The notes below the pieces were generated by a model. That model had not been told where the DNA came from, did no database searches, and saw only the letters and a program-made list of their open reading frames with translations. The translations under genes and the position numbers were made by a program. A DNA stretch of 64,000 bases from Octopus vulgaris (taxonomy: Eukaryota), in the NCBI GenBank assembly GCA_951406725.2, contig OX597814.1:221898001-221962000 (forward strand), read 5' to 3'. Of the stretch, positions 51,046 to 64,000 are shown piece by piece; position 1 is the stretch's first letter, and every line of letters begins with the position of its first letter.

Positions 51046-51849
51046 TTGTATCACTATATCGACGAGAGTATCGGATGTTGTTATGCAGTGCTTGCCACAA
51101 TGCATTTCCAATTATCTCTTGACTGCACACTTTTTCCTATGTTAGCCCATATGGTGTGAATAAGCCGACTTCCTACCATCGTTGAGGCCTTTGTGTGGCC
51201 TTTACCCATCTCTTGGATATGAAGAAAAGAAAGAGAATTAGACAGAGGACGATATTAAACATAATAAACCTCTCTTAACAAATGATTGATGCATGTTAAG
51301 ATTTAGAATTTGTATATTTTTATATAGGTATTTACCTTATTGGTGTATCCATCAATTTCATTTTATTCTTAAATACTTATCTGGAATTGAATATATTGAG
51401 GATTTTTACTTTTGTGGCATGTATTTATTTCGGCTACATTCAGGTGTGAAAGTGAAATAATTACATGTGAAAGAGACACTTCAGCCATTCATGGTAATAA
51501 GTTGCGTGCTTAAATTTTTCGGGGACAATTAGTTCAACTAGTGTATATGAGAAATGGAAGTCAGTTATCTGTATTCAGAGAATGTTATAATCATATTATA
51601 TTGTACGATGGTCTCATTCCAAGCCACGAGGCAGCAATGCGTTTCTGATACTGGAATAAATTTTATGGTTATGTGTAATGCTGGAAGAGACAAGATAACT
51701 TAATTTTAAGAGAATTATTTGCTAAATTTTCTTTTACAGATAGTAATTTCATTTAAAGAAAGCAATTGTTAAATCTCAAATTTACATTGGTTGCTGTAGA
51801 AATTTATAGTTGATTTATAATATTGAAAACAACCACAACGACGACGACG

Positions 51850-51904
<55 letters not shown>

Positions 51905-51930
51905 TAATAATAATAGTAATGATGATGATA
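51850..51930. repeat. (AAT)n microsatellite
   Basis: Trinucleotide tract. Confidence 0.95.
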
Positions 51931-52837
51931 AAATATTAGCCAACAGTTACCGAGTGGTATAAGTTCACATGATAATGGAAATCAGACGATTAGATAACAA
52001 ATCATATTAACACATTATATTATCCAAGCCAAGAGGTGAAAGTGGCTCACTAATAATGAAAAAATTTTATGGATGTGTGCCACACTGTCTGAGAGGCAAA
52101 TTAAATTTACTTTAAGGGGGTAACTGCTAGATGTTAATCAACATTAGCGGAAAGTGAAATAAATTAATATCTCTTTATTCAGAAATATTTTACTGAATGT
52201 GCTAGCCGGCAAAAAACCTCTTTCACTTTCTTTTCGACATAAAGAAATATATTACATAAATGTATCGATATGTCAGGATGGGAGGGGTATACGAAGGAAA
52301 AACATTCTAGAAAATATTATTTCGATAAACTAGAATTAGACATAGAAACTAAACAAATAGCAGCATAGGAAGAATAAAATTGGCGAACATATATATAATG
52401 TTCGCTTGCAAATCTTATCCACTAAAGATAACAAATATAATTTGATAAAAGAAATATGATAAAAAAGTTGCTATCTTTTTAAAAGAAATTAAATACGGAT
52501 TTGTAACGTAATCTTTCTTTATTTTACGCTATTTTTTTAGTTTCTGAAAAATATTTCACGTCACACATTTTTTGCATAAGCAAAATAGACATATAACATA
52601 AAATATAAATAAAATATGATTTATTTGAGAATATTTGTTTAGAGAACTGTTTTGATTTGTTTCGGCTGAGTTAGTCGGTGGAAAGAATTCTTGATTTTGT
52701 CGCAGAAACAGATAAGACTAACACCTCTGTATTCTTTTCCAAATATCGGGAAAGTTTCAGATTATTGGCCATGAAATGATGCAAGTCTAAGGTATTCGGA
52801 ATTTAAATTGAAAATGTAATGCACGGTACATATTCGT

Positions 52838-53005
52838 CCATGCCGGATAAAAATCTTAGCTGCATTTATTCCGGTTTTACTTTCTGAGTTCAAATTCTGC
52901 TTTAGGGGTCGATGAAATAAGAACCAGTTGAGCACTGGAATCGATGAAATTAACTTGCCTATCCCCTCAAAATTCGGGCCTTTTACATATAGTAGAAGTA
53001 ATCAT
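52838..53005 (+). mobile_element. SINE family C, internally deleted
   Basis: TTCTGAGTTCAAATTCTGC..GGGGTCGATGAAATAAG..CACTGG. Confidence 0.7.
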
Positions 53006-53418
53006 TATAGTTAATGTAACTAGTTTCAGGAAATTCAGATATCCCAATGAGAGAGGTTACACCATAATACATCAGAAAAGCGAAAAAAGAAAAATAACTT
53101 TCGGATTTGGATACGAATATTTCTTTATTTGCCACAAGACTGAAATTAATACAAGAATTTATTATCATTTTTTTTCTAAACATGTAATTCACAAAATAAT
53201 ATAAGAAACGAAGCTAAAGTATATCACGTAATGATTTTTACCACATTGGTACAAGCAGATGCATGAGACCTGGGGTTACAAGCAGACGAATGTTTATAAT
53301 GTACTAAATGTACGATGAGGCATACTAAAATTGTTTTCTAAACATCTTCGGAAATTAAGAGTGAGTGTTTTACCATGTATGAACGACATGCGCATGCGCT
53401 GAAATATGTTCCCATTGA

Positions 53419-53568
53419 TATTCCTTTCTACTAAAGGCACAAGGCATGAGATCTTGCAGGAGGGGGGAAAATCGATTGCAAGTATTTACTACTCAACTGG
53501 TACCCGGTCGACGAAATGCCGCGAAGTATTTTGCGTGGCGTGATAACGATTCTGCCAGCTCGCTGCCT
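53419..53568 (-). mobile_element. SINE family C, internally deleted
   Basis: GATTCTGCCAGCTCGCTGCC is the reverse complement of the family head. Confidence 0.7.
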
Positions 53569-54596
53569 TTATTTTCCCTTTAATATTGATATCATATTAA
53601 TCCTAAACTACAAGAAGCTCTAGATGATTAGAGGGAGGGAATGCAACCAATTGGTGTAATCCAGCGTAATATTTACTTTATCGCCCATGGAGCGATAACA
53701 CATCAAGTCGATTATGGTGTAAGTTGAAGTCAAATATACTTAAAGGTTCAGTATAAACTGCCGTTTCTACTAATTCCAGGCCTTATAGAACTACAAATAT
53801 TACGGCCATGAGTTTATTCAGCTAAATCTTCTGCACTTTATTTCATCATCATATGCAGGAAAAGTAACTTTTGAACAGAGAGGGATGTGACGAAGCCCAT
53901 TACATTTTCCAGCTTTGTTCATCTATTCCTCTCAAGGAATTTCTAAGATTACATTACTGAATATGCCTTCTTATTTTTTGATAATAATGGAATGTGGCTT
54001 TTATGAAGATTTAGCAGCTATTTCTGGCACGTCAAACATCACATAAAATAAAAGATAAAGTATGTGCATAAATGTCTCTATAATGTTACAAAGAGTAACC
54101 TCTAGATATTTTCTTAATATCATTCTGCGATTTCGCTATTACCATCGCTTAATCCAATACCGTACTCTCTCTTTGTATATTTTATTTTTACTTTTTTATG
54201 TATTAGTGGATACCTCTCTCAAAATGTTTGATCTGTGGCATAATATCAGAATTTCTCTTGTGTGGTGGATTATAAACTCTGTTGAGCATTTAACAAAGCA
54301 TACGAGATAGTTAGTCACGTCCTTTTCATATTAAACTCCATTAGAAACGTCTTTGATTCTTGCCAGTACGAAGATGATAAAATATATACTTGTGAATTAC
54401 TGAAGTTTATATCAAAATAATCGATAGTACACTTTTTACTGATGTATGGCATTGTACCTCTAATATAGGCAAAGGACATTGCACCAGGAGAAACAATAAA
54501 GCTCCATACAATTATTGTAACCAATGCAATCTATTTACCCATCTCTGAATTGTGGGTCATTGCGCCTATGTGAGGGTATACTACTGTAAACTATGT

Positions 54597-54982
54597 TGGA
54601 AGCACTCCGTCGGTTACGACGACGAGGGTTCCGGGTTGATCCGAATCAACGGAACAGTCTGCTCGTGAAATTAACGTGTAAGTGGCTGAGCACTCCACAG
54701 ACACGTGTACCCTTGAACGTAGTTCTCGGGGATATTCAGCGTGACACAGAGAGTGACAAGGCCGGCCCTTTGAAATACAGGTACAACAGAAACAGGAAGT
54801 AAGAGTGAGAGAAAGTTGTGGTGAAAGAGTACAGCAGGGATCACCACCATCCCCTGCCGGAGCCTCGTGGAACTTTTAGGTGTTTTCGCTCAATAAACAC
54901 TCACAACGCCCGATCTGGGAATCGAAGCCACGATCCTATGACCGCGAGTCCGCTGCCCTAACTACTGGGCCATTGCGCCTCC
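54597..54982 (-). mobile_element. tRNA-derived SINE family B, full length, young
   Basis: Perfect 14-bp TSD ACTGTAAACTATGT at 54583 and 54983; highly similar to the 33528-33882 copy. Confidence 0.95.
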
Positions 54983-55579
54983 ACTGTAAACTATGTAGTG
55001 CAATAAGGAAAGCATTAGTATAGCAGTAAAACACACACTCTGAAATAAATGTCATACACAATTTACATTTCGTCGCTCGACATCAGGAATTCAAGCATTG
55101 GTATGGCTGAATCTTTTATAATGATATAAAACAGAAACGAATATTTATAGATAATTACTATTCTAGCAATATTGTTAATTAATCGACTGTGATATTGCAT
55201 CCAAAAGTTTATGTTGTGTAACTACTGAAAATTATCAACATTTTATCCTAGAAATATTTCGTAGGTAACATCATCTAAATTAACTATTATGTTATTTTCT
55301 AGTTTTCTATTATTTACAATTCAAGGGTGGAGAGGCAAAATCAATATAAACTCAAACTTAAAATGTGTTGAAGAATTCTATTCCCAATTCAAGTAACGTT
55401 CGAGTCGACATTTCTAGAATTCATTCAGAACAGCGAAATAAATACCACTAAAGTACTTGATCCATTTAATCTTGGTATTCCTTTAAAATTCAGATCCTGG
55501 TGCTGCATAAACCCTTCTATTTCATTTTACCATTTTCAATCTTTATACTCAGTTGGAGTATTAGAACTTTATAAAAATG

Positions 55580-55760
55580 CCTTGCGGCATTTCTCCCGAC
55601 TCTTTACGTTCTGAGTTCAAATTCCTTTAAGGTTAACTTTGCCGTTCATCCATTCGGCGTCGAAAAAGTAAGTGTAATCGAGTATCCGATCGATGTAAAC
55701 GACCAGCCCCAATTTTTTTTTTGCAAACAGTAGGCTTTGTCCGTAAATTAACAACTGTTA
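55580..55760 (+). mobile_element. SINE family C
   Basis: GCGGCATTTC..TTTACGTTCTGAGTTCAAATTCC..CTTTGCC. Confidence 0.7.
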
Positions 55761-55979
55761 TTATGTTAATCTTGTGATTGCAGCATTGTATTGCCCATCC
55801 CGACGGGAATCACAGTGAGCTGTGTTATATTCAAAGGAGTTTCATTCGTCATCACTACTGTTTTTATTCAGTCAAAGTGAATCCATATTTACTTTATTCA
55901 AAACTAACTATAAAACTAAACTCCGTGCGGACTTTTAAGCTAACTCCTGAGGAGGACTAATAGCAATACAGCATTTATT

Positions 55980-57356
55980 GGTGCCCTGCCATCTCAGATT
56001 TATATTATAGAGTTTCTCATTTGTAAAATGTACCACTGTGACATATGGAGTTCACTGTAAACAGTAGAATAAACCACATTCTTGGTTTAACCATTTGGTG
56101 TGAATATGAAGAGATTGTTGTCATTTCCAACTCTGGAACAACCAGCACAGAGCTGACCATGAGAAAAACACTGCTGCATGAAGTGAAGTCCAAACTTTTC
56201 TGAGATTATCCTTGAGACTTGTTAATTGACATTGCAAAACTAACTCTTACTGGAAATTGAAATCACTCGAATTCAAAGGGTGTGTCTGTTGGAATCAGCG
56301 GATTTCTTGGAATGAATACATTTCCTCTAGTTCCTTGTCCAGTGAGGATTGTTGCTTCCAAAAGATGTAGATGCATTTGCCTGACAACCAATCTTCTACC
56401 ATTGCATAGCTTTGGAGGATCCAGACTTCTCAAAGGCATGATTAGAAATCCTTTCTTCAATGCCAGTTTGTAAGAACGCATTCCAGGATGATCCAAAGAG
56501 TTAAGAATATCAGTAGGATAATTCAAAGCCTCAATGGGGTCCACAGCTATATCAGTTGAGAAATGTTTTTCCTCAGTATTGATTCATTGCATAAGTTTCT
56601 AAATGACAACCAGGACAGTTTCATTCTTTGGTGCAAGTAAGGCTCTTTCACATGATCTTGAATATTATGTCCAATGATTGGGGAACTCTGGTAGTCAACA
56701 CTTCTACAGTTTTGACCTAAATGCTACAGCCATTTGAAAAAGTGATGTCTCCATTATTATCTTGCTGAATGCTTTTATTTCCCAGACCCAGTAGCGGAAC
56801 TTCAAATCTTCCAGCATCCATATCTTTGAATAAACTAACTCCACCGAAAGTCCGATGAGGCTGAAAGTCCGATCTGACCGAGAGTCCGATTTGGGAGGAA
56901 ATCTGATTTGGGCCGAAAGTCCAAGTTGGGCTGAAAGTTTGAGTTCTTCGATATTTCCTTCCGAACGCTTCAATTCACAAACTCCGCCGAACTTCGAAAC
57001 CTCACGAACACAAAACCCCGCACCCTCAATTGGATCTAGTTTTAAATGAACTCAATGGAAAATATTTTTTCAGTTCACAAAGTAGTATTACTTTCGATTC
57101 AGTTTAATATGTTCACAAATTTTTGGAGTTCATTTAAAATTTGAATTTTCAACTGTGAGTTTATAACACGTCATCTAGACCTGATCTTAATGCTACTTGT
57201 TCAAGAACCAAATGAAGGGCAGTTTTCCAATCCCGGGATTATCCCAATTCCGAAACATATAATAATGTCTATGTAGAGAAAATGTTGACTGAGATACAGG
57301 GATCCCAGACGGACGGACGGATAGACATAATTTCGCGTATATTATAATATATATAG
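55980..57356 (-). mobile_element. Internally deleted Helitron with PIF1-helicase pseudogene fragment
   Basis: YPTDILNSL..LCNG.RL..ILTG..VFIPR..QFPVRVSFAMSINKSQG..CFSHGQL..SRV (56060-56650); 5' end CTATATATATTATAATATACGCG..GTCCGTCCGT at 57356. Confidence 0.88.
56842..56945. repeat. Minisatellite of about 18 bp inside the Helitron
   Basis: Five to six degenerate copies of (GG)CYGAAAGTCCGATTTG. Confidence 0.8.
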
Positions 57357-57880
57357 CCTGAAGCTCGTTTTAAATGGTAAATTCTATATCTCGAGTAAGA
57401 TTGATTTGGCTGCTTTTTCTAACAGGTTAAACAAAGACACAGTGACTGTTGGTTCAGCGTTTATATATTCGTTGTCATGACTACTGTTTGTTTCTTGTCT
57501 TCATTTACTTTGTAATTCTGAAGAAAAATTTGCAAGACATCCTGCATGCAATGTCATAAAAACTTTTGAACAGAAGCGGAAGAAATAACTAGGATAAACT
57601 GAATACTCATAACGCATATATAAGATGATGATGATGATGGTGGTGGTGGTGGTGATGATGATGACTATGATGATGATGATGATGATGATGGGCTGAACTC
57701 GATAATTTATTGTATTGATTTCAATATTTTTTATAGAATAATAGCTTGTAAAATTGCACGTATAAGCCTTTGTTACATTTGCACACATGACTATAATTTC
57801 TTCACTTATGAATTTTATTTTAAAATACACACATAAACACACATACACGCACACACACACGCATGCACATACAAGCGAGT

Positions 57881-57922
<42 letters not shown>

Positions 57923-58044
57923 GTGCACGGAAAATAATTTATTTTTTATCTCTTTATTTTTTTTTTAATACAGGAGATTAACAGATGCATTAAAATAGCA
58001 GAAAGTAGAACGAAAAAACATCTATTCAATGAGAAATGATATTT

Positions 58045-58286
58045 ATGATGGTGATGGTGATGTTGATAGCAATGATGGTGAAAGATGATGGTGAATGCTG
58101 ATCAAAAATGACGACGACGACGACGATGATGATGACGATGATGGTGATGATGAGGAGGAGGATGAGGAGGATGATGATGATGATGAGGAGGAGGAGGAGG
58201 AGGAATGAGAGGTTGTGATGATGATGATGAGGAGGAGGAGGAGAAGGAGGAGGAGGAATGAGAGGGTTGTGATGATGATGATGATT
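58045..58286. repeat. (GAT)n/(GAG)n compound microsatellite with a local duplication
   Basis: The unit (GAT)n(GAG)nGAATGAGAG(G)GTTGT occurs twice. Confidence 0.9.
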
Positions 58287-58339
58287 GCGAAGTTTATATT
58301 GAGCAGACCGTAATTGACAATGTAAGGGACGTGATGATG

Positions 58340-59100
58340 TATTAATTGTATACGTTTACCTTTTATCTCAATATTTCAGGCTTAGTATCTATCCTCCAGC
58401 AAATTACCATTGTTTCTTGACTATTCTGTTCTATAGTGCATGTGTATGAAGAATTGTTTTGCATCGTTACGCTTGGCCAATCAGCAGCGTTCATTTCAAC
58501 CCTGGTCTGCGAGTTGTACTTGTTAATAGCTTTTATTAATCACACCTTCTCAACGATTCTTTCTATAGCTTCAACGGAAACCTTGGTGTATTAGGTGCTT
58601 TTTGACGAAAGACCATTAGCATTGAGGTATTCCTTAAACCATAAGTGTATATGTCCGGTGGTACTTCGGTGGTACTTTCTATGTAGAATTCTCTACATTT
58701 ACACAGGAGTGACAGCTATTGAGTGCTCTGAGTTATAACCGGTCATGTATATGATGATGATCTTACTAATTCGACCGCATCGGCAGTCCAGAGATTTATT
58801 TCTAAATGGGCCCCACATACTGGAAGATATTGTTGTCCCCTATAGTATTCAATAGTTCATGGATATCTAGAGCTGTTGTCATAAAGCAGTCAAGATAATA
58901 AAAGGCAATGTGTTCAGCTGATAAGTTGATAGTTGCGATTGCAGTGTCAGAGAGAATAGCGAAACACCGTCTTAGCTAAAAGTGAAGCTAATTTTTTCTA
59001 AGTAAGGATGGTTTGTAACTATTCATCTTGCTCATCATGACTAAGGAAGAGATTTCAACATGTTCTGGGAAGGTTTAAAATAGCAGTTTGAGAATTTTAG
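58340..59100 (-). mobile_element. Possible decayed Penelope GIY-YIG endonuclease and 3' end
   Basis: IIIY...CKCREFYIESTT (cf. GxIY..CxCGxxYIGxT) across a frameshift near 58660-58765. Confidence 0.35.
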
Positions 59101-59886
59101 ACAATAGACTTTGTGGAAGTCTCTTTTAATAATGGAAAAATAGGACTGATTTAAAAGTTTAGTCCTGCCTTTTATGTGTTTTTTTTTTGTTGTTTTTTTC
59201 GAAGCGGTGATAGAAGGTGGAGAATGTACGGTTCTTAGCGAAGAAGTTGCTCTTAATTTTGTTCGAGAGTCTTCACTGTTCTAATAGATATTCGTCCTGA
59301 AGGAGTTTATCGTTGTTTCGAGCTTGCTCGATGTGATGTTACTGACTTTTTCATATTATATAGTGTTGTTTACGTAATCGAATGCCAGCTCGTCGTATAT
59401 ATTCTAATCTATAAAACAGAATTATCTTCATGTTTTCTAAAGAGAAGTACGTAAAGTTTTTTTGAACATAGGTTTTGTAAGGAGAGAAAGTAAGATCTGC
59501 AGAGATTAAAAGCAAGAAGCGTAATGTTTTTATAAGATTAAATCAAATGTTTCTATCTCATTAGATTAATAATAGTTTCCTGGTTAGTAGGAGAGTGAAG
59601 TGAGTTTTCTGGGTGGTGGGTGGGGTTGTCTGAATGGTTGGTGAGGTTGTCTGGGAGGTGGTAGGGAGTCTAGTGGTGGCCATAGTAGAGTTGGAGCTAG
59701 AGATAGTGTTATTGGAGGATGGGGAGTTAGGGTTTACACACACACTTCATAAAGAAGAATAGGGAATAATACATATTCAGTATTTGTTTATTACAAATTC
59801 CAAACTGACGAGCGTTTCTACTGGATAAGTGTTTTAATGTCCTTTGATGCAGTATTTCTCTGCATTTAGTTGGTTCAGTTGCAGCA

Positions 59887-60021
59887 CATATTCATCCAAT
59901 AGAGACGTTAATATGCATCTTTGTTCAAGGTTTTACCCATGCGTGTAGGTAAACTGAATTCACCCACGTGGGTATAACCTTGACCAAAACTGCATAGCAA
60001 TATCTACGTTGGGTGAATATG
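59887..60021. repeat. Diverged inverted repeat (about 57-bp arms)
   Basis: CATATTCATCCAA..TCAAGGTTTTACCCA vs TGGGTATAACCTTGA..TTGGGTGAATATG. Confidence 0.8.
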
Positions 60022-60044
60022 TATAATTCTCCATTCTTATTTAT

Positions 60045-60940
60045 GATGTTTTGATTATATACTCTATATGCTGTAGTGTGGAAGTGTCACGTTGGGGGTT
60101 GGGTCGAAGGTTTAGGAAGTGCTTGAGTGCAAGAAGTTCTTTGTTGTGTGGAATCACCGTATATAGACTCTTGATATGAAGAATGAAGAGCAGTTTAGAG
60201 GGACCAGAAAGGAAGAAGAAAGAGTTGGAGAGACGGAGAACATAGTTACTGTCGTGGATGTGGGAGGGGTGGAAAACCACTGGGGTGGGGGCAAGGACAC
60301 GGGTGAGGTATCTTGCGATCATTTCCGTGGGGCAGTTACAGGTGGAGAGGATGGGGCAGCCAGGGTTGTTGGGATCGTGGATTTTGGGAAGGAAGTCAAT
60401 GGTAGAGGTGCGTGGAATGCGAACAATAAGGTTGGAGGCGGTGGGAGGGAGACGGAAGTGGGTGATGAGATCATGGATAGTGGAGAACACAGTCTGTTGG
60501 TAGTTAGGTGTAGGGTTGGAGGGCAGAGTGCAATAGAAGGAGGTGTCTTGAAGTTGGCGGAGAACTTCAACATTGCAGAGATCTGCGCGTCACACCACCA
60601 CGGCTCCACCTTTGTCAGCCGGCTTTATGATGATATCTTTGTGGGGACATCGAAAGGCCGAGAGTTCGGTCGGGGAGATGTTAAAATGTCGGGGACGCCT
60701 ACGAAAGTTAAACCGGTCCACAACAGGTTGAAAGATGCTTGCAAAATGATCGACTGCTTGGAACTAGCCAGTAGCTGGCGTCCAGGTTGGATGGTCGGCG
60801 ACCCAGGTCGGTGAGGCAGTTCTCTTCATTAGATGCAGGTAGAGTGTTGTGGAATAGTGCATATAGCCTGACGCGGCGCACAAAGCTTTGAATATCAGCA
60901 AAGGTCTGAAATTTGTTACTAGATAGAACTAATATCAGCA
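60045..60940 (-). mobile_element. Penelope-like element reverse transcriptase fragment (decayed)
   Basis: DIIIKPADKGGAVVV, LPKIHDPNNPGCPILSTCNCPTE (cf. LPKIHKPxxPGRPI) and LHIKSLYTVIPH (cf. LDxxSLYTxIP) are PLE-diagnostic motifs. Confidence 0.92.
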
Positions 60941-60944
60941 TGGG

Positions 60945-61047
60945 TCTTTCTCACTTTCTCACTTTCCCGAGCGTCAAACTAATACACCTGCTTGTTGTTC
61001 ATACACCTGTCTGCATCTTTTGTTTTCTTATAAATTTCAACTATATA
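60945..61047 (+). mobile_element. Probable inverted pLTR 3' tail attached to the 5'-truncated Penelope fragment
   Basis: Non-coding block that abuts the RT truncation point and ends in (TA)n; orientation inferred from typical PLE structure. Confidence 0.5.
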
Positions 61048-61262
61048 AATATATATATATATATACATATATATATTAGGAATAATGTAAAGAAAAAATC
61101 TGAGATGGATAAGGTATTAGTTCCCTGCTAAGAATACATGAAATGAATATTGAGTGTCTTAACGTTTCTGACGTGAGATATGCGAACCAAAGAATGGAGA
61201 ACCAAAGGAAGAGTCGTTGAAAGAGAAAGAAGGATACGCACGAAAAATAAAAATGAAACATC

Positions 61263-61662
61263 AGGAATGGCTGTGTGGTAAGTAGCTTGCTAACCAACCA
61301 AATGGTTTCGGGTTCAGTCCCACTGCGTGGCACCTTGGGCGAGTGTCTTCTGCTATAGCCCCGGGCCAACCAATGCCTTGTGAGTGGATTTGGTAGGCGG
61401 AAACTGAAAGAAGCCTGTCGTATATATGTATATTTATGTATATGTATGTGTGTGTATATGTTTGTGTGTCTGTGTTTGTCCTCCCAATATTGCTTGACAA
61501 CCGATGCTGTTGTGTTTACGTCCCCGTCACTTAGCGGTTCGGCAAAAGAGACCGATAGAATAAGTACTGGGCTTACAAAGAATAAGTCCCGGGGTCGATT
61601 TGCTCGACTAAAGGTTGTGCTCCAGCATGGCCGCAGTCAAATGACTGAAACAAGTAAAAGAA
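61263..61662 (+). mobile_element. SINE family A, full length
   Basis: AGGAATGGCTGTGTGGTAAG (A box), GGGTTCAGTCCC (B box), internal (TA/TG) tract, AAGTAAAAG(AAAG)n tail. Confidence 0.92.
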
Positions 61663-62715
61663 AAGAAAGAAAGAAAGATACCAAATATTTCTTAGTTAAA
61701 CAATAATTTCAGTGCAGTTATTTATCCAAGGCCAACTCTAATCCTCCCTTATTTATGCCATATACACTCGTCGTATCTTACGTACTCGCCTCTGAATCTG
61801 AATTTATCCCTCTTGTTTTTGACTGGCCGCACATCTGGTTTTATACAAAGACGTTTTGTGTTACATATGTAAGCCGCTGTAACTTATTGATTAACTTGGT
61901 ATTTCTGCATTATCTACTCTATTATCAGAATGTTTCATTTTGTTTTTGCTTTCTTTTTACCAGTATTATCAGCTTATTAGTTTTTTTTATCACTTTTCTA
62001 TTCCTTTGATCCTCTACCATACTTCTTGAATCCTTTCATGATTCCGAACCACTTCAGCATTATCTTCCGTTTAAATCTATTTTTCACGAGAAAATTCTTT
62101 CTGGACTTTCTTATTTTACAAACACTATTGGTTTTTTTCCCCTTCTGTATACAATCAAACAGAATAATATGACATCTCATAGTATTTTAGTCATTTTAAA
62201 TTGTCAAGTGGTTAAGCTGTTGAGCTCAGGATCATACGTACATGAAGTCAATTTCTGAACCGGGGGCGTTTCATTTCGCGTTGCTCCAATCTTCTTAACT
62301 CTAATTAGTACCAGCCTAGTGCTGGTATAGTACTCACTGCCTTCCGTTGTTATCCGCGATGTTCAGCAGGTTCAAGGTGTAAAACGTATTAGAGTTATAA
62401 GAGATCGTGTTTTCTTTCAACTCACAAATTTCGCCCATCTTCAACTGTGCTCTACACGATCACTCAAATAGCAGAAAGTATAATATACTACCCTCCTTAA
62501 GGAAATCAAACTGGATATTATGGTTTTAGATAGATTATACTCGAACACAGTATGGTTGCAGAATGAAAGACTTTAGTGTTACATCTAGCGTACAGCAACG
62601 GAATAACTTTAGCCTCGGTACGTGACGGCGTTGTGTTATGTTTCAAAGTATTCTTGGATAAAGTTTAATTCTTGCTAGCTGACTTATTTTTGTGTCAGCG
62701 ACTTAATCGATTATA

Positions 62716-62935
62716 CGAGGGGCTGCTGAAAAGGTCCTAGCTTTGGGTAACAGAAAATAGAGGAGAATCAGTTAATTATGATTTTATCCAACATATTACC
62801 CTGAGATTCACACAATTATTGCAGCAGTGCTTCAATTTTCTTAGATCTGTAAAAACAACTCGAAAAGCTGGGCCCCCCCCCCAAAGATGCCTTTCGCGAT
62901 ACTCATAAAGCCAGGAAATTTTTAGCACCCCTTCA
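62716..62935. mobile_element. Mariner-derived MITE (about 220 bp)
   Basis: Imperfect TIRs CGAGGGGCTGCTGAAAAGGTCCTAGCTTT / AAAGCCAGGAAATTTTTAGCACCCCTTCA with flanking TA. Confidence 0.75.
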
Positions 62936-63483
62936 TAAGGTTCATATGATCGGCAAACTATGAGCACAAATGTGAAATCTGGAAGAGTCAATCACTTAAC
63001 CATTTGAGTGAAGAAGGTCTCCATTTTACACGATTAAAGCGTTGCACTACTTTTAAAAATTGTTATGGTAGTTAAGTACTTTATTGGAACTCAAAAGCCA
63101 GATCGGAGCTTTTTATTGAGCTACTGTAATAAAGTCAGCATTTGTTGAGAAAGATTTTATAACATTGATTTGTGATTGCGTAGAAGATGCGGTTTTATTG
63201 GTATAAATAAACTGAATATCCTGAGTATATAATGTCCCTATATCAATTAGGAATATTAGGATTGTGCCTAAATGTGTGAAGTCAAATATATTTTATTACG
63301 ATATTTTACGGATTCATTTCTTACTTTCACCGTTTCTGCGCTCATATTCATTGTCTTTCACTTTCTGATTTCATTGTCCAAGTACTTTGAAACGGTTTTC
63401 AACTTTAATTTTTCTTTTCAGAGCAGGTGTTGGCTGACACAGATTCAATTATCCATTAAAGGCTTAGTCTCTCTCTCTCTCAT

Positions 63484-63491
63484 TCTTTTTT

Positions 63492-63543
<52 letters not shown>

Positions 63544-63600
63544 TATTCCTTTCTTTCTTTCTTGCTTTCTATCCTTCTTTCTTTCTTTCATTTTTCTTTT
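63484..63600. repeat. (CTTT)n microsatellite
   Basis: Tetranucleotide tract. Confidence 0.93.
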
Positions 63601-63685
63601 CGTAATACGCTTGTTGATAATCTTGACAGTGTAGTAGCGCAGAGCATTGATGAACGCAGTGTTTGGTGCATCTTTAAACGTTGTG

Positions 63686-63719
63686 ATCATCATCATCATT
63701 ATCATCATCATCATCATCA

Positions 63720-63778
<59 letters not shown>
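63686..63778. repeat. (CAT)n(TAT)n microsatellite
   Basis: Trinucleotide tracts adjoining a SINE tail. Confidence 0.95.
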
Positions 63779-64000
63779 TACTCTTTTACTCTTTTACTTG
63801 TTTCAGTCATTTGACTGCGGCCATGCTGGAGCACCGCCTTTAGTTGAGCAAATCGACCCCGGGACTTATTATTTGTAAGCCCAGTACTTATTCTATCGGT
63901 CTCTTTTGCCGAACCGCTAAGTGACGGGGACGTAAACACACCAGCATCGGTTGTCAAGCAATGCTAGGGGGAACAAACACAGACACACAAACACACACAC
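63779..64000 (-). mobile_element. SINE family A, 3' part (runs off window)
   Basis: Near-identical reverse complement of 61468-61662. Confidence 0.92.

Noticed and set aside
56842-56945. CRISPR-like array
   Set aside because: Degenerate tandem units without unique spacers, inside a eukaryotic Helitron; no cas genes
60176-60814. 212-aa plus-strand ORF
   Set aside because: Antisense shadow of the Penelope RT fragment on the minus strand

Overview
AT-rich, gene-poor eukaryotic DNA, very likely from an octopod cephalopod, judged from the tRNA-derived SINE families, the decayed Tc1/mariner, Helitron and LINE content and the extreme (TA)n/(CATA)n/(CA)n load. Most entries in the ORF track are microsatellite artefacts. 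The only protein-coding candidate is the 5' part of a minus-strand gene at the left edge (exons 2901-3045 and 1-55; hydrophobic N-terminus followed by KRSRR). The rest is intronic or intergenic and full of mobile-element debris: mariner and Tc1 copies, a MITE, two Helitrons, CR1/L2-, R4/Dong- and L1/Tx1-type LINE pieces, a decayed Gypsy RT, Penelope RT/GIY-YIG fragments and about 23 SINE copies from four families. The most notable signal is a set of type I hammerhead ribozyme motifs: seven copies with an intact catalytic core at five loci (10.5, 17.3, 24.3, 25.6/25.9 and 49.3 kb), plus several decayed ones. Most lie in short non-coding fold-back modules inserted into (TA)n tracts. This matches the known architecture of Penelope-like element pseudo-LTRs, including perfect palindromes whose symmetry axis falls in hammerhead stem I. 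All calls were made by eye; no searches or folding were run.
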